Position numbers and translations under genes: made by a program
Assembly: GCA_964617655.1 (NCBI GenBank)
Contig: CAZTXN010000001.1
Coordinates: 20,124-42,638 of the forward strand
Source of the DNA: an uncultured Nitrospiraceae bacterium
Lineage (GTDB): Bacteria; Nitrospirota; UBA9217
Direction of reading: 5' to 3'
Length of the DNA: 22,515 nucleotides
In this document: in pieces, positions 10,731 through 17,755 of the stretch
Position numbering within the stretch: position 1 is the stretch's first letter
Layout: each line of letters opens with the position of its first letter
Notes under the pieces: generated by a model
What the model saw: the letters and a program-made list of their open reading frames with translations, nothing else
Database searches by the model: none
What the model was told of the DNA's origin: nothing

Positions 10731-12077
10731 TCAGGCCCGGTGCACGAGCGCGCGGGCCGAGACCAGGATCTTCTGCGCCGTCTTCTCGCCGATGCCCGGC
10801 ACGGCGAGTATATCCTCATCGGACATGGCGGCGATCTTCTCGACCGTATCGTAGCCCGCCTGAATGAAGAGCTCCGCGGTCTTCGGTCCGACGCCCTCGA
10901 TGCTCGTGAGCCCGGCCGGGGCCTGGGCCTCCGCGACCGCGGCCTCGGCCTCCATGCTCTCCGCCGCCTGGTGCTCCTGCGCCATCTTCCGGGTCTCCTC
11001 GGCGATGGCCGCCTCGATCTCCTGGTCGCGCTCCTTCTGCCGCTCCTGCTCGTACTCCGATTCGCTCAGGATGTCGATCTTCCAGCCCGTAAGCTTGGCG
11101 GCCAGCCGGACGTTCTGGCCCTTCTTGCCGATGGCCAGGGAGAGCTGGGCGTCCACCACAACGGCCAGCGCTGCGCGGTCCTCCTCGGTCACGCCGACTT
11201 TCTCCACCACCGCCGGGCTGAGCGCCTTGGCGATGAAGATCCGCGGATCATCGGACCACGGGATGATGTCGATCTTCTCTCCCCGCAGCTCCCGCACCAC
11301 CGCCTGGACCCGGGCGCCCTTCATGCCCACGCAGGCGCCCACCGGGTCCACCTGCGCGTCCTTGGAGGCCACGGCGATCTTGGTGCGGTCCCCTGCCTCG
11401 CGCACCACGTCCTTGATCTCCACGATGTTCTCGTAGATCTCCGGGACCTCCATCTCGAAGAGCTTGGAGACGAAGTCCGGATGGCTCCGGGAGAGGACGA
11501 CCTGGGGCCCCTTGGCCGTGTCCTTCACCTCGAGCACGAGGCAGCGCACCCGGTCGCCGCGGCGGTAGTTCTCGCGGGGCACCTGCTCCCGGGCTGGCAG
11601 GACGGCCTCGGTCTTGCCCAGGTCGATGAAGTACGCCCCCTTCTCGTGCCGGAGCACGATGCCGTTCACGAGCTGGCCGATCTTGTCGTTGTACTCCCGG
11701 AAGACCACGTCCCGCTCCGCCTCGCGGACCTTCTGGACGATCACCTGGCGGGCCGTCTGGGCGGCGATGCGGCCGAACCCCTCGAACTCCACCTGCAGCG
11801 GCACCTCGCCTTCCATCTGCGCCTCGGGGAAGAGCTCCTGGGCCTCCTCCAGCGTGATCTCCTCCTCGGGGTTCGCGACCTCCGCTACGACCTTCTTGTA
11901 GGCATACATGGCGATATCGCCGCGCTTGGGATCGATCTGGACCGCGATCCGCTGGGTGCCGTACTTCTTCTTGGCCGCGCTCACGAGCGCGGTCTCCACG
12001 GCCTCGATCACCATCTCCCGGGAGATGCCCTTGTCCTTGCTGATCTGGTCGATGACCTGTATCAGTTCCTGGCCCAT
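10731..12077 (-). CDS. nusA: transcription termination/antitermination factor NusA
   Basis: 448 aa: MGQELIQVIDQISKDKGISREMVIEAVETALVSAAKKKYG... The N-terminal domain, S1, two KH domains and a C-terminal acidic HhH repeat region are all recognisable. A GGAGG Shine-Dalgarno lies 8 nt upstream. Confidence 0.95.
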   Translation of the reverse strand: MGQELIQVIDQISKDKGISREMVIEAVETALVSAAKKKYGTQRIAVQIDPKRGDIAMYAYKKVVAEVANPEEEITLEEAQELFPEAQMEGEVPLQVEFEGFGRIAAQTARQVIVQKVREAERDVVFREYNDKIGQLVNGIVLRHEKGAYFIDLGKTEAVLPAREQVPRENYRRGDRVRCLVLEVKDTAKGPQVVLSRSHPDFVSKLFEMEVPEIYENIVEIKDVVREAGDRTKIAVASKDAQVDPVGACVGMKGARVQAVVRELRGEKIDIIPWSDDPRIFIAKALSPAVVEKVGVTEEDRAALAVVVDAQLSLAIGKKGQNVRLAAKLTGWKIDILSESEYEQERQKERDQEIEAAIAEETRKMAQEHQAAESMEAEAAVAEAQAPAGLTSIEGVGPKTAELFIQAGYDTVEKIAAMSDEDILAVPGIGEKTAQKILVSARALVHRA

Positions 12078-12147
12078 TGCGTTGCTGCCTCCTGCATGAT
12101 AAGGGTTGTCAATCCTTTATTTATCAATCAGTTGAATGCTCTCAGCA

Positions 12148-12609
12148 TCAGAGCACCACGAGCCAGTTGGCCCGGGCGATGCTCTCGATGCTGAATATCA
12201 GTTCTTCTCCGCTCCCTGTCAGGAGCAGGACCGATCCGCCCTCCGCAGACCGCAAGGCGCCGGTGAAGACCTTCTCCCCGTCCACGGGCTGGTAGGTCTT
12301 GATCCGCACCTGCCTTCCGAGGGAGCGAAGGTAGTGCTCCGGCCGGCTGAGGGTGCGGTCCAGCCCCGGCGAGGAGACCTCGAGCGTATAGGCGTGGGTG
12401 ATGACATCCTCCATCTCCAGGGTGGTCCCCAGGTCCCGGCTGACCGCCTCGCAGTCCTCCAGCGTCACCCCCGCGGGTTCCCGGTCGATATAGACGCGCA
12501 GGAGCCAGCGGGGCCCTTCCTTCTTGAATTCCAGGTCCCAGAGCGTCAGCCCAAAGGAGGCCAAAATGGGCTCCAGGAGCCGGTAGATGCGTGCCGCGGT
12601 ATCGGACAT
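12148..12609 (-). CDS. rimP: ribosome maturation factor RimP
   Basis: The ORF track gives 12148..12756, but the first 49 codons overlap a terminator hairpin and non-coding sequence. The ATG at 12609 gives MSDTAARIYRLLEPILASFGLTLWDLEFKKEGPRWLLRVYIDREPAGVTLEDCEAVSRDLGTTLEMEDVITHAYTLEVSSPGLDRTL, which matches the RimP N-terminus (E. coli MSTLEQKL...VSSPGLDRPL). No canonical Shine-Dalgarno; a U-rich tract precedes the ATG. Confidence 0.85.
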   Translation of the reverse strand: MSDTAARIYRLLEPILASFGLTLWDLEFKKEGPRWLLRVYIDREPAGVTLEDCEAVSRDLGTTLEMEDVITHAYTLEVSSPGLDRTLSRPEHYLRSLGRQVRIKTYQPVDGEKVFTGALRSAEGGSVLLLTGSGEELIFSIESIARANWLVVL

Positions 12610-12616
12610 GGCGATC

Positions 12617-12649
12617 CAAATAAAAAGAGTGGGCAGAGACTGCCCACTC
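12617..12649 (-). terminator. strong intrinsic terminator hairpin 8 nt upstream of the rimP start codon (candidate attenuator and/or terminator of the upstream SPFH gene)
   Basis: Minus-strand RNA reads GGGAGUGGGCAGUCUCUGCCCACUC followed by UUUUUAUUU. The 10-bp perfect GC-rich stem (12627-12636 pairs with 12640-12649) has a 3-5 nt loop and is followed immediately by the U-tract. The structure is seen directly in the sequence. Confidence 0.55.
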
Positions 12650-12676
12650 CCGGAAACATGCTCCAGAGCGATGGGA

Positions 12677-12706
12677 ATTCTTACCACACTTCCCCCTGGA
12701 AAGCAA
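12677..12706 (-). promoter_or_regulatory. candidate sigma-70 promoter of the rimP-nusA-infB operon (-35 TTGCTT, 17-nt spacer, extended -10 TGgTAAGAA), upstream of the leader terminator
   Basis: Minus strand reads TTGCTTtccagggggaagtgTGgTAAGAAt. Its predicted transcript would run through the 12617-12649 hairpin before reaching rimP. Match to consensus is moderate. Confidence 0.3.
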
Positions 12707-12793
12707 GGGGAAAGTGCTGTTCTCGTTCCTGCCGGCTCGGCCATCGGCCGCCGCAATGCGTCTTGAGCGAACGCACCTACCGGTGGTAGCGCC

Positions 12794-13597
12794 CTAGCGG
12801 CCCTTCTCGACCTCGATGAAGGGCACTGCGCCTCCGGTCACGTTCGGCAGCTTTCCGTCCCACTTCTCGATGGCCTTCATCTGCGCCTCGATCTGGCGGA
12901 GCCGGACGAGCTCCGGCGAGATCACCTGCCTCTGCAGCCGGAGAGATTCGGCCTCGGCCTGGGCCGAGGCGATCTTCTGCTGCGCCTCCACCTTGATCCG
13001 TTCCAGGTCCCGCTTCGCCTTCAGGGCGTGCTGTTCCGCGGTCTGCTTCGACTCGATCGCGCGGTTGAACTCCTGGGAGAACTCGAAATCCGTGATCGAG
13101 AGCTCCACGACCGTGATGCCGAACTTGGCGAGCTGGTCGCGGAGATAGTTGCGCACCTCGGTCTTGAGGGCCTCGCGCTTCGAGATCAGCTCCTCGGCCG
13201 TGTACCGCGCCGCAGCCGCCTTGAAGCTCTCCTTCACCACCGGTTCGATGACCTTCTCGCCGTAATTCAGGCCGATGGAGGAGTACATCTCGCCGGCCAT
13301 CGTCGGCTCGAGATGGTAGTTCAGGACCATGGTGGTCTGGACGACCTGCAGGTCCTTGCTGGCCGCCTCGGTCTTGGTCGTTCCCTTCTGGACCCGGACC
13401 GTCATGCGCACCACGGTCTCGGCAAGCGGCATCTTGAACCGGAGGCCCGGCTCGACGACGCGGCTGACCTCCCCGAAACGCAGCACCACGCCGCGCTCTC
13501 CCGCATCGACGATGAAATAGGACGAAAGGAAGACCAGCAGGATGAGGAAGGCGAGAAATCCTGCAGCCACGACCTTGGGAAGCTTCTGTGCATCCAT
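12794..13597 (-). CDS. SPFH/band-7 domain membrane protein (prohibitin/HflC-like)
   Basis: Start taken at the ATG at 13597, which has an AAGGAGG Shine-Dalgarno 6 nt upstream: MDAQKLPKVVAAGFLAFLILLVFLSSYFIVDAGERGVVLRFGEVSRVVEPGLRFKMPLAETVVRMTVRVQ... An N-terminal TM helix, an SPFH core and a long coiled-coil C-terminus (KAKRDLERIKVEAQQKIASAQAEAESLRLQRQ) are present. The track entry 12794..13669 has an unsupported 24-codon N-terminal extension. Confidence 0.8.
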   Translation of the reverse strand: MDAQKLPKVVAAGFLAFLILLVFLSSYFIVDAGERGVVLRFGEVSRVVEPGLRFKMPLAETVVRMTVRVQKGTTKTEAASKDLQVVQTTMVLNYHLEPTMAGEMYSSIGLNYGEKVIEPVVKESFKAAAARYTAEELISKREALKTEVRNYLRDQLAKFGITVVELSITDFEFSQEFNRAIESKQTAEQHALKAKRDLERIKVEAQQKIASAQAEAESLRLQRQVISPELVRLRQIEAQMKAIEKWDGKLPNVTGGAVPFIEVEKGR

Positions 13598-13654
13598 GCG
13601 ACACCTCCTTGAACGATCGATGTATCCGTCGGCCGCGCTGAGCGCGACGTTGCA

Positions 13655-13682
13655 ACTATACCAGAACATGCCGGGCTGTCAA
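13655..13682 (-). promoter_or_regulatory. near-consensus sigma-70 promoter for the SPFH gene (-35 TTGACA, 16-nt spacer, -10 TATAGT)
   Basis: Minus strand reads TTGACAgcccggcatgttctggTATAGTtgcaacg. Both hexamers match consensus at 5-6 of 6 positions, about 55 nt upstream of the ATG. A GCGCT-G-AGCGC inverted repeat (13635-13645) sits at the predicted +3 to +13. Confidence 0.5.
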
Positions 13683-13724
13683 CATCTTTCGGGCACCGGG
13701 CGACCGGCGACGCAATCAGGCGGC

Positions 13725-13901
13725 ATCGCCGGCCGCCTGCAGGACAACGGCATCGCGGTGCTGTCCGGGATCCTGCAGGGGCAGGAGGATGAGGTGATAG
13801 CGGCCCTGCAGCACGAGGGGCTGGTCGTCCGGGAGATCCTGCATGACGGAACATGGGTCTCGCTGGCTGCTGGCAGGGAGATATCGCTTGCGGACCGATG
13901 A
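13725..13901 (+). pseudogene. prmA: C-terminal remnant of ribosomal protein L11 methyltransferase (prmA); the N-terminal methyltransferase domain is missing
   Basis: Plus-strand frame ending at the TGA at 13899-13901 encodes ...IAGRLQDNGIAVLSGILQGQEDEVIAALQHEGLVVREILHDGTWVSLAAGRE*. This matches, from memory, the conserved PrmA C-terminal tail (E. coli ...[46 protein letters not shown]; pattern GG-x-l-x-LSGIL-x-Q-x(2)-V, then a hydrophobic run, then W-x-x-l-x-x-R). Sequence upstream of 13725 in this frame is not PrmA-like and is occupied by the SPFH promoter and start. Confidence 0.35.
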
Positions 13902-13958
13902 TACCGGGAGTCCAGCTCCGGGTCTGACGCAATATTCCGGAGGATGCAGTCCGGCCAT

Positions 13959-14639
13959 TCACCGGACCGAGAGCATCCCGTCGGCCATCCGGAAGACGCG
14001 GTCCGCGCGAAGAGCGAGCCGGTCATTGTGCGTCACGATGATGAAGGTGGTCCCCTTCTCGCGGTTCAGGCGCTGGAGCAGGTCATGGACCGCCTCGCCG
14101 GTATGGGCGTCCAGGTTTCCCGTGGGCTCGTCGGCAAGGACGACCCGCGGGTTCAGCACCAGGGCGCGCGCCACTGCGACCCGCTGCTGCTCTCCGCCGG
14201 AGAGCTCGCCGGGCCGGTGGTGCAGCCGGCCGCCAAGCCCGACCTCCCGAAGGACGGCCTCTGCCGCCGCCTCTGCATCGTCCCGCGACCGCGAGCGGAT
14301 CAGGCCGGGCATCATCACATTCTCCAGGGCCGTGAACTCCGGCAGAAGGTGGTGGAACTGAAATACGAACCCTACCTGCTCGTTCCGGAAACGCGCCAGC
14401 CGGTCAGGCGGGAGGGCATAGAGGTCCGTCTCCCCGAACCGTACGCTGCCGGACGTGGGCCGCTCGAGCCCTCCGATGATATGCAGGAAGGTGCTCTTGC
14501 CGACGCCGGACGCGCCCACCACGGCGATCATCTCGCCTGCGCGGATCTCCAGGTCCACGCCGTCCAGGACCTGCAGCACCTCGTCGCCGCTCGGGAAGGA
14601 CTTCCGGAGCTGATGGATATGGATCAGGGCGGGTGCTAT
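13959..14639 (-). CDS. lolD: lipoprotein-releasing system ATP-binding protein LolD (ABC ATPase); start codon uncertain or non-canonical
   Basis: Walker A GASGVGKST, Q-loop, ABC signature LSGGEQQRVAVARAL, Walker B VVLADEPTGNLD and the H-loop are present. FQFHHLLPEFTALENV is the LolD-type motif. The track starts at the GTG at 14579, but the frame is open and homologous for a further 20+ codons upstream (IAPALIHIHQLRKSFPSGDEV...) with no ATG/GTG/TTG. End set at the ATA codon at 14639-14637. See findings. Confidence 0.8.
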   Translation of the reverse strand: MAPALIHIHQLRKSFPSGDEVLQVLDGVDLEIRAGEMIAVVGASGVGKSTFLHIIGGLERPTSGSVRFGETDLYALPPDRLARFRNEQVGFVFQFHHLLPEFTALENVMMPGLIRSRSRDDAEAAAEAVLREVGLGGRLHHRPGELSGGEQQRVAVARALVLNPRVVLADEPTGNLDAHTGEAVHDLLQRLNREKGTTFIIVTHNDRLALRADRVFRMADGMLSVR

Positions 14640-14872
14640 TTCTTCTCTCCCGGCCGGATGGCATCAATGCCCTTCTCGACCTTCTTCTCGACCGACGAGG
14701 CCTTCTCCTCCACCTTCTGCTTGATCTGGTCCGCCTTCTGGCCCGCGTCCTCGACCTTCTTGCCGGCGGTCTTGAGCAGATCGCCGCCGCCGAGCAGGAT
14801 GAAGACGAGCACGGCCAGGACGATCAGGATGAGAGTGAGCAGGAACGATTTGAACTTGCCTTTCTGTGCCAT
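14636..14872 (-). CDS. small single-pass membrane protein, Lys/Glu-rich C-terminal tail (hypothetical), between the Lol permease gene and lolD
   Basis: 78 aa: MAQKGKFKSFLLTLILIVLAVLVFILLGGGDLLKTAGKKVEDAGQKADQIKQKVEEKASSVEKKVEKGIDAIRPGEKK. A strong AGGAGG Shine-Dalgarno lies 6 nt upstream of the ATG. One clear TM helix is followed by a charged, probably helical tail. Its stop TAG (14636-14638) overlaps the proposed lolD initiation codon. Confidence 0.5.
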   Translation of the reverse strand: MAQKGKFKSFLLTLILIVLAVLVFILLGGGDLLKTAGKKVEDAGQKADQIKQKVEEKASSVEKKVEKGIDAIRPGEKK

Positions 14873-14971
14873 GGCTTCCTCCTGGGATGATGGTCCCCTG
14901 AATCGATGTGTTCACCGCCTGGTCGGCGGTGCGTGCTGTTTCAACCGCGTGCGGTCGCGACAGCGACCCTG

Positions 14972-16207
14972 CTACTCGTACCGCAGCACCTCAACCGGGT
15001 CCTGCCGCCCCGCCTGCCATGCAGGGTAGAGCGTCGCCAGGAAGCTGATCACCAGCGCCATCAGGCTGATGAACAGGATATCATACCCGGTGATGGTCAG
15101 CGGGAGATGGCTGACCTGGTAGACATCGCGCGGGAGCGTGATGATGCCGCTCTTCGCGATCACCGCGACCGCGCCGTAGCCGATCGCCGCGCCGAGCAGG
15201 GTCCCCACCGCACCGATCACTACGCCGCTGAACATGAAGATCTTCATGATGCTCCGCTCCGTGGCGCCCATGGACTTGAGAATCGCGATCTCCCTGCTCT
15301 TTTCCATGACGATCATGGTGAGCGTTCCGATGATATTGAATGACGCGACAATGATGATCACCGCGAGGATGAGCGACATGCCGATCTTCTCGAGCTTCAG
15401 GGCGGAGAAGAAGTTCTTGTTCATCTCGATCCAGTTCCGCGTGAAGTAGGGGTAGCCGACCGCCGCCTGGACCGCCTCAGCGGTCTCTCCTGCGCGGTAG
15501 ATGTCCCGCACCCGCACCTGGATGCCGCTCACCCGGCCGGGCATGTCGAAGAACCGCTGCGCCTCCGGCAGGGAGACATACACGAAGCCGGTATTGTAGT
15601 CGTACATTCCCGCATCGAAGACCGCTACGAGCTGGTACTTGCGCATCTTCGGGACCATGCCCAGGGCGCTCTCCTCGCCCAGCGGGTTCACCATGGTAAT
15701 GGTGCTGCCGATCGATGCGCCGAACTTCCGCGCCAGGTCCTCGCCGATCACGATGCCCGGCGGCCGGTCCCGGCCGCGCTCCAGGTCCCGCAGCGAACCC
15801 TCCCGCACGTTCTTCTCAAGGTCGGTCACCGTTCCCTCGGTGCGGGGGTCGATGCCCCGCACCACCACGCCCTGGACGCGGTCATTCGCCGCCAGCATCA
15901 CCTGGTTGATGATGAACGGGGTCGTGGCCAGCACCTCCGGCACCTGCGCCACTTTGCGCTGGAGGTCCGCCACATCCTGCACGCCGCGGTTCGTCACGTC
16001 CATGACCACGACGTGGGAGATCGCCGAGAGGATCTTGTCCCGGAAGTATCCCTGAAAGCCGGTCATGACCGAAAGGGTGATGATGGACGTGGCGACGCCG
16101 ATCACCACGCCCGCGATCGAGATGAAGGTGTTGAGCGAGATGGTGCCGTACCGCTTCTTGCTGCGCAGGTACCGCATCCCGACGAATATCTCGTAAGGCA
16201 ACCCCAT
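14972..16207 (-). CDS. lipoprotein-releasing system transmembrane permease, LolC/LolE (FtsX-like) family
   Basis: 411 aa: MGLPYEIFVGMRYLRSKKRYGTISLNTFISIAGVVIGVATSIITLSVMTGFQ... The N-terminal TM helix, large periplasmic domain and C-terminal FtsX-type TM bundle are typical of LolC/E. The start overlaps the lysS stop (TAATG). Confidence 0.9.
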   Translation of the reverse strand: MGLPYEIFVGMRYLRSKKRYGTISLNTFISIAGVVIGVATSIITLSVMTGFQGYFRDKILSAISHVVVMDVTNRGVQDVADLQRKVAQVPEVLATTPFIINQVMLAANDRVQGVVVRGIDPRTEGTVTDLEKNVREGSLRDLERGRDRPPGIVIGEDLARKFGASIGSTITMVNPLGEESALGMVPKMRKYQLVAVFDAGMYDYNTGFVYVSLPEAQRFFDMPGRVSGIQVRVRDIYRAGETAEAVQAAVGYPYFTRNWIEMNKNFFSALKLEKIGMSLILAVIIIVASFNIIGTLTMIVMEKSREIAILKSMGATERSIMKIFMFSGVVIGAVGTLLGAAIGYGAVAVIAKSGIITLPRDVYQVSHLPLTITGYDILFISLMALVISFLATLYPAWQAGRQDPVEVLRYE

Positions 16208-17688
16208 TACTGTTTTTCCTTCTTCATCTGCGGGAAGAGGATGACATCCCGGATCGATGCCGAGCCGGTCAGGAGCATCACGAGACGGTCGATACCGATC
16301 CCCTCGCCCGCCGCGGGCGGCATGCCGTACTCGAGCGCGCGGATGAAGTCCTCGTCCATCTGGTGCGCCTCGTCGTCACCGGCCTCGCGCTCCTGGACCT
16401 GCTTCAGGAACCGCTCCTTCTGGTCCACGGGGTCGTTCAGCTCCGAGAAGGCGTTCGCCAGTTCCCTGCCCGCAACGAAGAGCTCGAACCGCTCCACGAG
16501 ATCGGGCGCGTCCTCGCGCCGCTTCGAGAGCGGCGAGATATCGGTCGGATAATCGGTGATGAAGGTCGGCTGGACCAGCGCAGGCTCCACCTTCGCTTCG
16601 AAGATCTCGTTCAGCAGCTTTCCGAGCGGCTCGCCGCCCTTGAGGTTCGCGCCGAGCGCGCGCGCATGATCCAGCGCCTGCGCGGGATCGGTCAGCGCCT
16701 TGTCCGGGACCCCTGCCTCGCGCAGCGACTCCCGGAAGGTCATGCGCTTCCAGGGCGGCGCCAGCTCGATCCGGCGCCCTTCGTAGTCCACGGTGGTGGT
16801 GCCGAGGACATCGCGGGCCACCTGGCTGACCAGCTGCTCGGTCATCTCGATGAGGTCCCGGTAGTCCGCGTAGGCCAGGTAGAACTCGAGCATGGTGAAC
16901 TCCGGGTTATGGCGCGTCGAGATGCCCTCATTCCGGAAGTTCCGGTTGATCTCGTAGACCCGCTCGAACCCTCCCACGAGCAGCCGCTTGAGATAGAGCT
17001 CCGGTGCGACCCGAAGGTAGAGGTCCATGTTCAGGGCGTTGTGATGGGTCCGGAAGGGTCGGGCCGCGGCTCCGCCGGGAATGCTCTGCATCATGGGCGT
17101 CTCGACCTCCAGGAATCCCCGTCCGTTCAGGAACTGACGGATCGCCTGGATGATCCTCGTGCGAAGCACGAAGACCTGACGCACCTCGGGATTCACGATG
17201 AGGTCCACGTACCGCCGGCGGTAGCGGATCTCCACATCCTTCAGGCCGTGCCACTTCTCGGGCAGCGGCCGGAGCGACTTTGCCAGGAGCGACAGGTCCT
17301 CCACGTCGAGGGTAAGCTCATCGGTCCGGGTCCGGAAGAGGGAGCCCCGGACGCCGATGAAGTCGCCGATGTCCAGCTTCCTGAGCAGCCCGAACCGCTC
17401 GTCGCCCAGAATGCTCTTCTGGAAATAGAGCTGGATCCGGCCCGAGCCGTCCTGGAGATGGCAGAAGCAGGCCTTGCCGAAGCTGCGCATCGCGACGATC
17501 CTGCCGGCGATCGATGCCTTCGGCCGCTCGCGCTCCAGGTCCTCCTTGCTCCGGCCTCCATGCGCCTCCGACAGTCCGCTGGCGGTCGCGTCGGTCTGGA
17601 ACCGCCCTGCGTAGGGCCGGGTGCCGGCAGCAGCAAGCTCGTCGAGCTTCCTGAACCGCTGCTGGATCAGTTCGTTCTGGTCTTCCAT
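16207..17688 (-). CDS. lysS: lysine--tRNA ligase (class II)
   Basis: 493 aa: MEDQNELIQQRFRKLDELAAAGTRPYAGRFQ... An N-terminal OB anticodon-binding domain is followed by the class II core (motif 2 ...FRNEGIS..., motif 3 ...GIGIDRLVMLLTG...). An AAGGAAG Shine-Dalgarno lies upstream. Confidence 0.95.
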   Translation of the reverse strand: MEDQNELIQQRFRKLDELAAAGTRPYAGRFQTDATASGLSEAHGGRSKEDLERERPKASIAGRIVAMRSFGKACFCHLQDGSGRIQLYFQKSILGDERFGLLRKLDIGDFIGVRGSLFRTRTDELTLDVEDLSLLAKSLRPLPEKWHGLKDVEIRYRRRYVDLIVNPEVRQVFVLRTRIIQAIRQFLNGRGFLEVETPMMQSIPGGAAARPFRTHHNALNMDLYLRVAPELYLKRLLVGGFERVYEINRNFRNEGISTRHNPEFTMLEFYLAYADYRDLIEMTEQLVSQVARDVLGTTTVDYEGRRIELAPPWKRMTFRESLREAGVPDKALTDPAQALDHARALGANLKGGEPLGKLLNEIFEAKVEPALVQPTFITDYPTDISPLSKRREDAPDLVERFELFVAGRELANAFSELNDPVDQKERFLKQVQEREAGDDEAHQMDEDFIRALEYGMPPAAGEGIGIDRLVMLLTGSASIRDVILFPQMKKEKQ

Positions 17689-17755
17689 GCACTTCCTTTC
17701 CTGCCGATGGACATCGCTTCCTTCGCTGCGCCGGCTGAAGATGCCGTGAAGCCGT

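Noticed and set aside
10740-12194. 484-aa plus-strand ORF antisense to nusA
   Set aside because: A GC-driven open antisense frame opposite a strongly supported NusA gene.
12650-12793. Possible tRNA (metY-like) or small RNA upstream of rimP, as in the E. coli metY-rimP-nusA arrangement
   Set aside because: No cloverleaf is evident. There is no T-arm GTTCRANYC signature or acceptor-stem complementarity, only a short hairpin (TTCCCC...GGGGAA) overlapping the candidate -35. It is better explained as promoter or leader sequence.
12777-13655. 292-aa minus-strand ORF overlapping the SPFH gene in another frame
   Set aside because: An Arg/Gly-rich alternative frame. The SPFH frame has the Shine-Dalgarno, the promoter and the domain content.
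13944-15029. 361-aa plus-strand ORF antisense to lolD and the small ORF, plus the 85-aa plus-strand ORF at 14633-14890
   Set aside because: Antisense to an ABC ATPase with all canonical motifs. The 85-aa ORF is the mirror image of the Lys/Glu-rich small protein (it reads Leu/Asp-rich) and has no Shine-Dalgarno.
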